DNA of 41,524 bases, taken from IMG/VR virus record IMGVR_UViG_3300025718_000162, positions 1 through 41,524 of that record. One strand, 5' to 3'. Each line of letters starts with the position of its first letter. Position 1 is the stretch's first letter. Both the position numbers and the translations under genes were made by a program. The stretch comes from a virus. Taxonomy: Duplodnaviria; Caudoviricetes. Positions 19,087-27,219 of the stretch are shown here, in pieces. The notes under the pieces were generated by a model. The model had not been told where the DNA came from. It did no database searches and worked only from the letters and a program-made list of their open reading frames with translations.

Positions 19087-19450
19087 TATCGTTACTTTAA
19101 AATAAGATCTATCCAATTTTGGACACATCCCCACCAGCCGGGGAAATTCTCGTGGTCGTTTTTCGGCTCAGTGGTAATACATGCACGTTTATTTTTCTTC
19201 CCAACAAGATGGGAAAACATTGCCACTAGTGGCTACGGTCGTCACTATGAAGTATCCCATCACCATTGTGGTGACCCCCTCGACATATAGTCGAACCCTT
19301 ATAAATTCACAATGGAATTTTCCGTTTTGACAATTCTCCACAACTGGAGAATAAAGATCTGCTCAAAATTGAGCTAACCTAAACAATCCTTAGTGCAGAA
19401 ACATCTTGCCACTTTTGGCAATATCTCGCGGTCGAATTTTCGGCTGCCAA
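19087..19450. repeat. Array 1 of diverse short quasi-palindromes
   Basis: About 14 units, e.g. TCCAATTTTGGA, TCACCATTGTGGTGA, TCGACATATAGTCGA, TTCTCCACAACTGGAGAA, GCTCAAAATTGAGC, TTGCCACTTTTGGCAA. Confidence 0.85.
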
Positions 19451-19521
19451 TTATTTCAACTCATAGCAAGCTTGTACAATATAAGGTATAATGTAAGAAC
19501 GAAAATAAATATGGATCGGAG

Positions 19522-19812
19522 TTGTGGACGTTGGAAAAGATTCTTCAACAATTACTGAACGGGCAAAGTCGAATAGAAAAAAGACTTGAAAATATTGAAA
19601 ATGATACATCAAACATCAAAGGACAGCTGGACGAGAATACGCAAATTATTAAAACATTAGTTCACAGAGCTGATAAGCTTGATGTAAAATATGATTGCCT
19701 GCTACACACCACAGCCACTAAAGACTTAATAGCAAACTTAGATAATAAATTTAATATATTGAACGACAGATTATTTCAGCAAGAAGCAAAAATATTATCA
19801 TTAGTAAAATAA
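19522..19812 (+). CDS. Small coiled-coil protein
   Basis: LEKILQQLL...IKGQLDENTQIIKTLVH; downstream terminator 19813-19850. Confidence 0.7.
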   Translation: MWTLEKILQQLLNGQSRIEKRLENIENDTSNIKGQLDENTQIIKTLVHRADKLDVKYDCLLHTTATKDLIANLDNKFNILNDRLFQQEAKILSLVK

Positions 19813-20023
19813 AAATAACCACTTACCTTGATGGGTAGGTGGTTATTTTATTGGGCAATCCAAAAATGGACTCTCCTACAGCGATTTAATTAACTGACCT
19901 TAACAATGTTCAGTTCAGGTCAAAATGACCATTGCGGGGCTCATGCACCATTACTAGGTATAATAACATCACCACTAACGCATAATACGAAATACCAAAA
20001 TTTAGAGTTAGGTGATGATTATT

Positions 20024-20260
20024 ATGGCAAAAGAAAAGAAACCTAGAAAAAAACCAACCTGTAATTTTCTTGGTTGGAAAATCGATGGTGTTCTACATAA
20101 AGAGCCGCCAGAATGGGTTAAAGAACACATAGCAGCTATATTTATAGAAGTTTTGTTAGATGGCCCCAAAGCAAGTGATAGTCAAAAATATAGAGATGAT
20201 TGGGAGAAGAAGCAGAGTTGCGGACATAAGACTAAGGAGGCAGGTGATTATAATGGGTAA
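20024..20260 (+). CDS. Small hypothetical protein (family X)
   Basis: AGGTGA RBS; CNFLGWKIDG motif. Confidence 0.65.
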   Translation: MAKEKKPRKKPTCNFLGWKIDGVLHKEPPEWVKEHIAAIFIEVLLDGPKASDSQKYRDDWEKKQSCGHKTKEAGDYNG

Positions 20261-20369
20261 TTTCCCAAATGTTAATAACGAAAGAAAACTAGCGGCACTT
20301 AGAATTTTAATGACAATTACTAAAAGGGTAATCGAGGAAGAAAGATTGTTAAAGCTCAAAGCAGACTAA
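20253..20369 (+). CDS. 38-aa peptide (family Y)
   Basis: AAGGAGG/AGGTGA RBS; MGNFPNVNNERKLAALRILM; paralog at 20662. Confidence 0.65.
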   Translation: MGNFPNVNNERKLAALRILMTITKRVIEEERLLKLKAD

Positions 20370-20431
20370 TATCTATACTCAGTAAACGTTTCCGTTAAGT
20401 AAATAAGTGAATAAGGAGCTGAATTCCTGAT

Positions 20432-20656
20432 ATGCCAGTACCGCAAGTTATCAAGATTGAGGAACTACCAGAAATGCTCACAGCCCAGCACATTGCAACT
20501 TATCTCGGTATTTCCAGGCGCAGAGTATATGAGTTATTTCAACTTAAACCTGCTTTCGGCGGCATACCGAATTTGGATATTGGTTTTTCCAAGAGAGTTG
20601 ATAAGAAAGATTTTATCGCTTGGATCGAGGCGAAGAAAGCGGAAAAGGGTAGGTGA
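20432..20656 (+). CDS. Excisionase-like HTH_17 protein
   Basis: LPEMLTAQHIATYLGISRRRVYEL...IPNLDIGFSKRV. Confidence 0.85.
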   Translation: MPVPQVIKIEELPEMLTAQHIATYLGISRRRVYELFQLKPAFGGIPNLDIGFSKRVDKKDFIAWIEAKKAEKGR

Positions 20657-20661
20657 TAACA

Positions 20662-20787
20662 ATGAGCAATATCCCCAATGTCAGTAAGGCAAGACAAATG
20701 GGAGCACTTAGGATTTTAATGGCGGCCGCTAAAAGATTGATATTAAAAAAGCGAGAAGCAGAACAGCAAATATTTAAAGACAAGTAA
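20662..20787 (+). CDS. 41-aa peptide (family Y)
   Basis: MSNIPNVSKARQMGALRILMAAAKRLI; AGGTGA RBS. Confidence 0.65.
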   Translation: MSNIPNVSKARQMGALRILMAAAKRLILKKREAEQQIFKDK

Positions 20788-20810
20788 TAATCTTAAAAAA
20801 AGGTGCTAAT

Positions 20811-20966
20811 ATGAAGAAAAAGCAAAAGTGTGTTTTTCTGGGTTGGAGCTACAAAGGGGAAAAAGAAGTTCATCCTATCGAGGAAATGCCTGATGAAATT
20901 TTTTATGAACATTTTATAAAGCCAATCAATAAAATGTTAGGGATTAACTTAAAACTCAAACGGTAA
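20811..20966 (+). CDS. 51-aa peptide (family X-like)
   Basis: MKKKQKCVFLGWSYKG...; AAGGTG RBS. Confidence 0.6.
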   Translation: MKKKQKCVFLGWSYKGEKEVHPIEEMPDEIFYEHFIKPINKMLGINLKLKR

Positions 20967-20983
20967 TAAAACCAAAGATTATG

Positions 20984-21212
20984 AGGTTCTCGGCATTAAT
21001 GCCGAAAACCACCAAGGCGGCATCGCAACTTATTGCGATACTCACAGCCGAATCTCCGGCTTTCATAACTCTCTGTAACTGGGAAGACATCTCCTCATAA
21101 CTAAGGACATCTCGCGGCTTGATTAGCAGTTGCCGAATTCCCCACCACTGGGGAACCATTGTCCCAAAAATTCGGCTGACCAAAATAAAGTATAGTGGAT
21201 TTCCCCACTGTG
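20984..21212. repeat. Array 2 of diverse short quasi-palindromes
   Basis: About 9-10 units, e.g. TCGGCATTAATGCCGA, ATCGCAACTTATTGCGAT, AGCCGAATCTCCGGCT, TTCCCCACCACTGGGGAA. Confidence 0.8.
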
Positions 21213-21317
21213 CTCATTTTAAATTATTTTAATATCCCTTTTTCATGTAGTAGTTGCTTCACTAATGTGCTGAACGGCGTAATTGTATCATCGCAATGTT
21301 TTAATATAATTTCTTTT

Positions 21318-21653
21318 CTATATTTTATTTTTAAGAATAAATTCCCTGAGAGCATCATTATAAATCGTAGTTTTTAACCCTTTTTCTTTACCTGCAAACT
21401 TATCAATCTTTTTTGCAATATCATTCTCAATATATACGGTCTGCCTGGTATAACGATCTTCAAATTTTTTCTTTTTTACGTATACGTATACGTCATTGTC
21501 TACCTTTACATTGTCATTTACGTCTTTATTTACATCGTTGTTTACTTTTACGTCATTGTTTAGGGACACATTGACATTTTCGTTTACGTTTTCTTCTATC
21601 TCCATAAATGTCCCTATTGGGTTTCTTTTTTGTCCTATTTTAGGTGCTGGCAT
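21318..21653 (-). CDS. Putative type Ib centromere-binding protein (RHH) with V-x repeat linker
   Basis: Overlaps the parA end; C-terminal RYTRQTVYIENDI...KTTIYNDALREF. Confidence 0.75.
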   Translation of the reverse strand: MPAPKIGQKRNPIGTFMEIEENVNENVNVSLNNDVKVNNDVNKDVNDNVKVDNDVYVYVKKKKFEDRYTRQTVYIENDIAKKIDKFAGKEKGLKTTIYNDALREFILKNKI

Positions 21654-22435
21654 CTTTCTATCAACTCCTTTACAAATGGTCTATATTGCCCTACTGCATG
21701 CTTAATTTCGGAATTATCGAAGAACCCTGCATAAGCTAATCGACCAGCAGCGGCTTGTCTTTTTATTACAGTATTAAAACAGAATGGTCCTAATTGTTCA
21801 TCAGCCTTAACCATTTCTAAAAAATCATTATTATCTGTTCGTCTGCTGTCGATCATAGAGCAAAGTATCCCTAGCAATTTTATATTTTGATTAAGTGATT
21901 TTTCATCATCCTGTATTAATTGAATTGATTCTACGAAACTTAGCAATGCCGAATAGCAAAACTTACCTGTCTCAAATAAAGCTACTACACCGTCACTAGC
22001 GCACAGGCAAGACGTAAGTAGGAAGTTTAATGCTGGGGCAGTGTCTAAAATTACAAAATCGTAATCGTGAATCACCGGCTCTAGCATTTTCTTTACTGCG
22101 AGTTGAATTTTATCCTTATATCCTGGTCTCGGAAATACTCCCAATATTTCACTACCAATCAATAAATGGATATTGTCATTTAGGACGATTATATTTTTCT
22201 TTGTGGCTTGGCCTTCTGTATCTAAAGCTTCAAGTATCCCACCAATTCCTTTGCCCCTGTAATCTCTAATCGGAACTAGTGTAAATATTTCTGTCGAATT
22301 CCCTTGAGGGTCTAAGTCAGCGACCAAAACTTTATACCCTTCTTCTGCTAATAAAAAAGCGGTTACGGCTGCAGTTGTTGTTTTTCCTGCTCCACCTTTG
22401 GGGATCCCAAACGTTATTACCTTTGCCCTTGCCAT
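21635..22435 (-). CDS. parA: ParA-family partition ATPase
   Basis: Likely start MARAKVITF; KGGAGKTT, DLDPQGN, YDFVILDTAP. Confidence 0.93.
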   Translation of the reverse strand: MARAKVITFGIPKGGAGKTTTAAVTAFLLAEEGYKVLVADLDPQGNSTEIFTLVPIRDYRGKGIGGILEALDTEGQATKKNIIVLNDNIHLLIGSEILGVFPRPGYKDKIQLAVKKMLEPVIHDYDFVILDTAPALNFLLTSCLCASDGVVALFETGKFCYSALLSFVESIQLIQDDEKSLNQNIKLLGILCSMIDSRRTDNNDFLEMVKADEQLGPFCFNTVIKRQAAAGRLAYAGFFDNSEIKHAVGQYRPFVKELIERCQHLK

Positions 22436-22448
22436 GTTTACCTCTCCC

Positions 22449-22490
22449 TTTACGTATACGTATACGTATTTATAAACCGATACTTCTACG
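22449..22490. promoter_or_regulatory. Putative parS/operator hexamer repeats
   Basis: TTTACGTATACGTATACGT, also found at 21475-21493 inside the RHH gene. Confidence 0.6.
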
Positions 22491-22609
22491 TTGATGATAA
22501 AATACCTTGCTAATAGGAATATGCCTGCACTAGGCTGTCTCATTGCAGGCTATTTTCTTTCTTCAGTACAATATCCCATACCGGCGATTTCATTGAGGCC
22601 CACCATTCA

Positions 22610-23533
22610 TCATTTGATAGGATTAACTACAGTTAACTTTAATTTTAACTCTGCATTCTCAGATTTAGTTACAGATATCTCACGGCGTAATGTTTCTAAT
22701 TCATCTGCTAATGTCCTTCGCTGATCTAGTGCTTTGCTTTCCATCTCTAGTAAAGCCTGGCGTTTATCGAGCTCCATGACCTGCCTCATGCCGTCCACCG
22801 TTTTGATATTATCCTGCCGCTCGGACTCCAATTTTCTTTCCATGTCGTTGATCACGCGAGTGGCCTTTTCGTTTTCGCTATCTAACAATTGTTTCATATC
22901 AGCTAACTCTTTATTAGCGGCACTTAAATTAGCTACACAAGTCTTAGCTTCTTCTCTGGCGGCTCTGGCTTCAGCATCTAAGTTTTCAGCTTTAAACTTC
23001 AATTCCTCTGATTGTGCGGTGATTTGTTGGTTAACTGCATCTAGTTTTTCAAACATACGACGTGCCTGAGTCTCCGCTTCCTCTACTTTAACCATTGCAT
23101 TCGTTGCTTCAATAATTTGATTATCTGTTTCGTGGCGTAGTTGACGCATGTCCTCATTGATTATATTGATTTGCCCATTTAGTTCCAAAGATTCTTTTTT
23201 GGATAGTTCCTGGGCATCAACTAAGTCCGCCTTAGCTGATTTTAATTTATCAGTGAGATCTGCGGTAGTAATTTCAGCAACTTCATTTTCGTCGTGACGA
23301 GCCTTAGCCATTCCAATTATAATTTCATTAATTCTTGCTAAGTGATTTTCGACTAACTTCAGTTCTTTATCGTTAACCAGTGTCTCTCTACTTTGTGTAC
23401 ATTGAAAATTTTCTGCCATTCGTTGCAAAAATTCCGCTCCTGTTTTAGATCCGCTTTGCTCTTGGAGCTGCTGCAAGAGTTCTTTTAAGTTCTGCTCTAC
23501 CTTTACGCCATATGTGATTTGCTCCGCCATCAA
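22610..23533 (-). CDS. Long coiled-coil protein (KfrA-like)
   Basis: N-terminal TYGVKV strand-helix followed by about 250 aa of heptads; GTTAAC repeats upstream (23551-23616). Confidence 0.75.
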   Translation of the reverse strand: MMAEQITYGVKVEQNLKELLQQLQEQSGSKTGAEFLQRMAENFQCTQSRETLVNDKELKLVENHLARINEIIIGMAKARHDENEVAEITTADLTDKLKSAKADLVDAQELSKKESLELNGQINIINEDMRQLRHETDNQIIEATNAMVKVEEAETQARRMFEKLDAVNQQITAQSEELKFKAENLDAEARAAREEAKTCVANLSAANKELADMKQLLDSENEKATRVINDMERKLESERQDNIKTVDGMRQVMELDKRQALLEMESKALDQRRTLADELETLRREISVTKSENAELKLKLTVVNPIK

Positions 23534-23622
23534 TATCCACTCCTTATTTTAGGTTAACTTTGTATAGCTAATTTTGCTATGGTTAACCTTGGTTAACTAG
23601 TTAACTTTTAATTAACTGCAAT

Positions 23623-23880
23623 TTATCGGTACACTTCTCGCCTGTGTCGAACTCTCAGGATATATGCAACGTTATCAATAACAACAACTTCAAGAACAAT
23701 ACGGTAATCGCCTACTCGGATCCTATACTGATTTTCGGTACCCGTCATCTTGCGGATATCGACATGATTACCCTCTGAAAAGTCCTCTAGCGCAGATATA
23801 ACTCGCCGTTGGGTAGTTTTATCAAGGTGCTTTATATCACGCCGTGCTGATGGCTCAATGATGATTTCAATAGCATTCAT
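23623..23880 (-). CDS. relE: RelE/ParE-family toxin
   Basis: A..DIKHLDK..QRRV...YRIRVGDYRIV...VRHRREVY. Confidence 0.92.
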   Translation of the reverse strand: MNAIEIIIEPSARRDIKHLDKTTQRRVISALEDFSEGNHVDIRKMTGTENQYRIRVGDYRIVLEVVVIDNVAYILRVRHRREVYR

Positions 23881-24158
23881 ATATCAAGTTCCTTCTTGAA
23901 GTCGCCTAAGGATATACCTTCACCCTTGGGTATGTTATTTCTGGCATCGTTAATAGTCTGTCGGTCATCGTCTGCAGTCGGCTCATCATCGATTGGTGCA
24001 GTAGCTAACATTCTCATTAATTTAGTTTTAGCATCTTCCTTTTCGCCGAAGGATGGGAATTCAGTCACCATCGCCTGAAGTACTTTTTCAGCCATATGGA
24101 CAGCAGCATCAGGGAGTTGATCAATTAATTGGTAAAGGTTATTTCTTGCAGTTGCCAT
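23877..24158 (-). CDS. Putative antitoxin
   Basis: Overlaps the toxin start; LYQLIDQLPD...APIDDEPT...GEGISL. Confidence 0.8.
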   Translation of the reverse strand: MATARNNLYQLIDQLPDAAVHMAEKVLQAMVTEFPSFGEKEDAKTKLMRMLATAPIDDEPTADDDRQTINDARNNIPKGEGISLGDFKKELDI

Positions 24159-24382
24159 TATATTTCACTCCTTTCACCCGATTGAGTGCCGGTCATTTGC
24201 TGAACTGTTGATGATGCTGCTAAGAAATCATCAAGCTGCTCTTGTGTAATTCTATAATGAGTACCGAACCTATTAGCTATGAGCTTTCCAGTCCTGATGT
24301 ATTTCCAAACCGTGGTTTTTTTAAGTCCTATCAGCTCAGCAATTTCTTCCGTAGTATAGGTTTTGTCCATTCTATTCCACAT
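24158..24382 (-). CDS. Excisionase-like HTH_17 protein heading the TA operon
   Basis: YTTEEIAELIGLKKTTVWKYIRTGKL...YRIT; ~10-bp phased TAxTTTA repeats upstream (24420-24490). Confidence 0.85.
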   Translation of the reverse strand: MWNRMDKTYTTEEIAELIGLKKTTVWKYIRTGKLIANRFGTHYRITQEQLDDFLAASSTVQQMTGTQSGERSEI

Positions 24383-24563
24383 CCTTTTATAGATTAATCA
24401 AATTAATAGCTATAGCTTATTGTAATTTACCCTTATTAATCATAGTTTACTCTAATTTACTTTAGTTTATTCTCATTTATTTAATTTGTAAAGTTTTTTA
24501 AAAAAAAATATGGGCATTTTGCAAAATAGCAAGCAAAAAGAACCGGGAGAGACCCGGTCCCAA

Positions 24564-24989
24564 TTAAAAATTACTACCAATTTTAATATTACGCTGACTG
24601 GCATACCCCAGTCTGTAGCAATGCCTGCATAATAAATATTTTTCAGATAAATATAAATGAGCTACGCGTAGATTACAACTTGAACAAATAAACCATACCC
24701 TATGGCCGCCCACCAAATTTTCTGTCCATCCAAGTTTTATTGAGTTTGAAACTAATTCACAATGGCCTTCTTCATCTAGAATTTGATAGGTAACCTCTAA
24801 AACCCCAGCTGCTACTTTAACAGCTGCAGGCCAGTATGTCCCTTTGCCTTCTAGCAAGTCCCATTCAAAAAAATTGCCGTCTGAAAGTCTATTTTGCTTT
24901 CGCCACTTATGAACATTTATTCTAACTTGATCCTCTACTAATGGTTTGGGTGTGTAACGGTTCCATCTACCTGATCCAGTTCCTCCCAT
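24564..24989 (-). CDS. MGGxGSGR-type Zn-finger protein of unknown function
   Basis: MGGTGSGR...GGHRVWFICSSC...CRHCYRLGYASQ. Confidence 0.8.
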   Translation of the reverse strand: MGGTGSGRWNRYTPKPLVEDQVRINVHKWRKQNRLSDGNFFEWDLLEGKGTYWPAAVKVAAGVLEVTYQILDEEGHCELVSNSIKLGWTENLVGGHRVWFICSSCNLRVAHLYLSEKYLLCRHCYRLGYASQRNIKIGSNF

Positions 24990-25778
24990 GCTTCCATCTC
25001 CTTACGTCATGTCGCAAATTAATACGACCATTTCGCGAAATCATGCTGAATTGTACATATATCAATACTGATTTTCAAATTTTTCCAAAAAAAAATAGGC
25101 TATTATAGCCGGTTTAAAAATTAAATTTATTTTTGTTTGAAATACTGCTAGTTTTGTTAATAAACAAGGCTTAGAATTGCAAATATTTGCGTGATTTTGT
25201 AAGCAATTAACTATGATTTCGATAATAATTAAATATGGTATCTATAAGAAGACTAAAAGCTAGAATAAGCTATATAGAGATAATATCATGTCTTTTACAT
25301 CGTGGTGCACATAATTAATTAATTAACGTTTATTATTGGCCATAATGAACGTTTTTGCCTATATTTGACGGTTTCTTATAAATACAATGATATTGGAAAT
25401 ATCGGGCATTGCAAAATCGTTTATTTGTATTATTTTCCTGCCCTGCCCGTTCTAGCCCTGGTAGAAAGTTATATAATTAATCCTTGCCGTATACCTTCCC
25501 GTATCGTCACCAGTGCCTCTCAGCACTCGCGCCTATATAAACCCCTCAGTCAACACTTACAACCGCCTTAAACGTGATATTGTGGCTCTAAAAGTGGCAT
25601 AATATAGTCTTACGTCACACTATACTTGCGCATATTAAGTTATCCAGTATAATAACGTACGAGGTGATATTTTCATAAAACTGGCCTCCATGTTATGACT
25701 AAAATTAATACAATAAAGGGAAAGACACGGTGATATCCGTACCTTTCCCTTTTCTATATCTCATAACTAGAAATAAAT

Positions 25779-26369
25779 TTACATTTTATTTTTAGAAATA
25801 TATTCACCCGCACTATCTAACGTTGGAAAAGTAGACCCTTTTGCAAAACTTGTAATTATAGGGTAACACTTTACAATTGCCTCTTTACACGAAAGTATTT
25901 TATCTAAGCACGCTAATGGTTCCTTGTTATTTATTTCTTCAAAAACATGATACAAAGCAAATAATTTCTGATACCAAAATGTTGGCATGTATTCCGCTAA
26001 TATAAACTTAGTTTCTTTCCATGTATCAATTTTTAATATTATTTTCCCCACAGGGAAACCTTCGCTACAAATTAGTAGTTCTATATAAACAAAAAAAAGC
26101 TCAATAGCAAGTGCCATGCATAAGTTGCGGTAACGCCTAGATGATTTCATTCGGTCCCATACAACAGTTAAGGTGAGGACAATCATTGATGTTCCAATAC
26201 TTTGGAATACCAGTTTTGGTAATATATTTTGTTCTTCTAACCATGTAAGGAAAACTAATAACAGTAACAGTAACAATATAGCTTGAGTTAACTGGTAAAA
26301 TCTGCTCGCAAAGAAATTACGCTTACCAATTATTATTAATTCCTTAAAAATATCATAGTATTTTCCCAT
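25779..26369 (-). CDS. Hypothetical membrane protein
   Basis: Two to three hydrophobic segments; very AT-rich. Confidence 0.65.
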   Translation of the reverse strand: MGKYYDIFKELIIIGKRNFFASRFYQLTQAILLLLLLLVFLTWLEEQNILPKLVFQSIGTSMIVLTLTVVWDRMKSSRRYRNLCMALAIELFFVYIELLICSEGFPVGKIILKIDTWKETKFILAEYMPTFWYQKLFALYHVFEEINNKEPLACLDKILSCKEAIVKCYPIITSFAKGSTFPTLDSAGEYISKNKM

Positions 26370-26818
26370 TTAATATCTACGAGCTTCAGGAAGTCGTACG
26401 ATAGGACACGTATCACGTTTCCAACTATCAGGATTTCCCTTGTATGACACGTTAACAAACTCTATCTCAATAGAATGAGTTCCGTTGATATGTGGGCAAA
26501 ACCCAGTAACAGTCTTGGTTCTATTCACAGTAATCACCTCCCTTTATCGTCACTCTTCGACAAATGGAAAGAGAATCCTTGCAATATTTTAAAATTCTAT
26601 CCATCAGTCTAGGTATTTTTATATAAAAAAATAGCCACCCTCCGGCAGCTACTTAAACCCAATAACATATATCAACCTACCCACGCCATATAGGACCATC
26701 CCTGCAGACATCACCAATAAGCATATACATATCTGGAATAGCATTATCAACATAAAATTCACACCTGCCTTTTGGTATATTATTACCAGTTTGGCAGGTG
26801 TTTAACTTATTAAGTATC

Positions 26819-27157
26819 TTACCAAAGTTTAACATGAAACCATTGGCCTTTACGCAATGATGCAATAAAGTCTCCGAGTACGTGGCTTACCGCACCTGCA
26901 AACACTGGCAGGAATAATCCATTCCCTAATATCAAGAATGGACTAGACAATAGTGCACAGCCTAGAATACTATGACTCATTCCTCGATGCCGTAAATACT
27001 TAGCAAGTGGGTTATATCGACCTAATGTAGAGCCAGCATGATCTATGTCTGGCAGTAATGCGCCGATCATTGACAGTACGGTGAATTCAAGCGAATGAAA
27101 ATATAGGCCAACAAAAAAGCCTATTGCAATGTGAGTACGAAAATTGAAGAGAATCAC
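26819..27157 (-). CDS. YdjM-like membrane metal-dependent hydrolase
   Basis: THIAIG, GALLPDIDH, HRGMSHS, SHVLGD. Confidence 0.88.
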   Translation of the reverse strand: MILFNFRTHIAIGFFVGLYFHSLEFTVLSMIGALLPDIDHAGSTLGRYNPLAKYLRHRGMSHSILGCALLSSPFLILGNGLFLPVFAGAVSHVLGDFIASLRKGQWFHVKLW

Positions 27158-27219
27158 CTGCTTTCAAAAAAAAAGAAACCATACATAATAGTATGGCTCA
27201 ACTAGTTAAAATTATTATT

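Noticed and set aside
19087-21212. CRISPR array
   Set aside because: No constant direct repeat, no cas genes; the units are different palindromes
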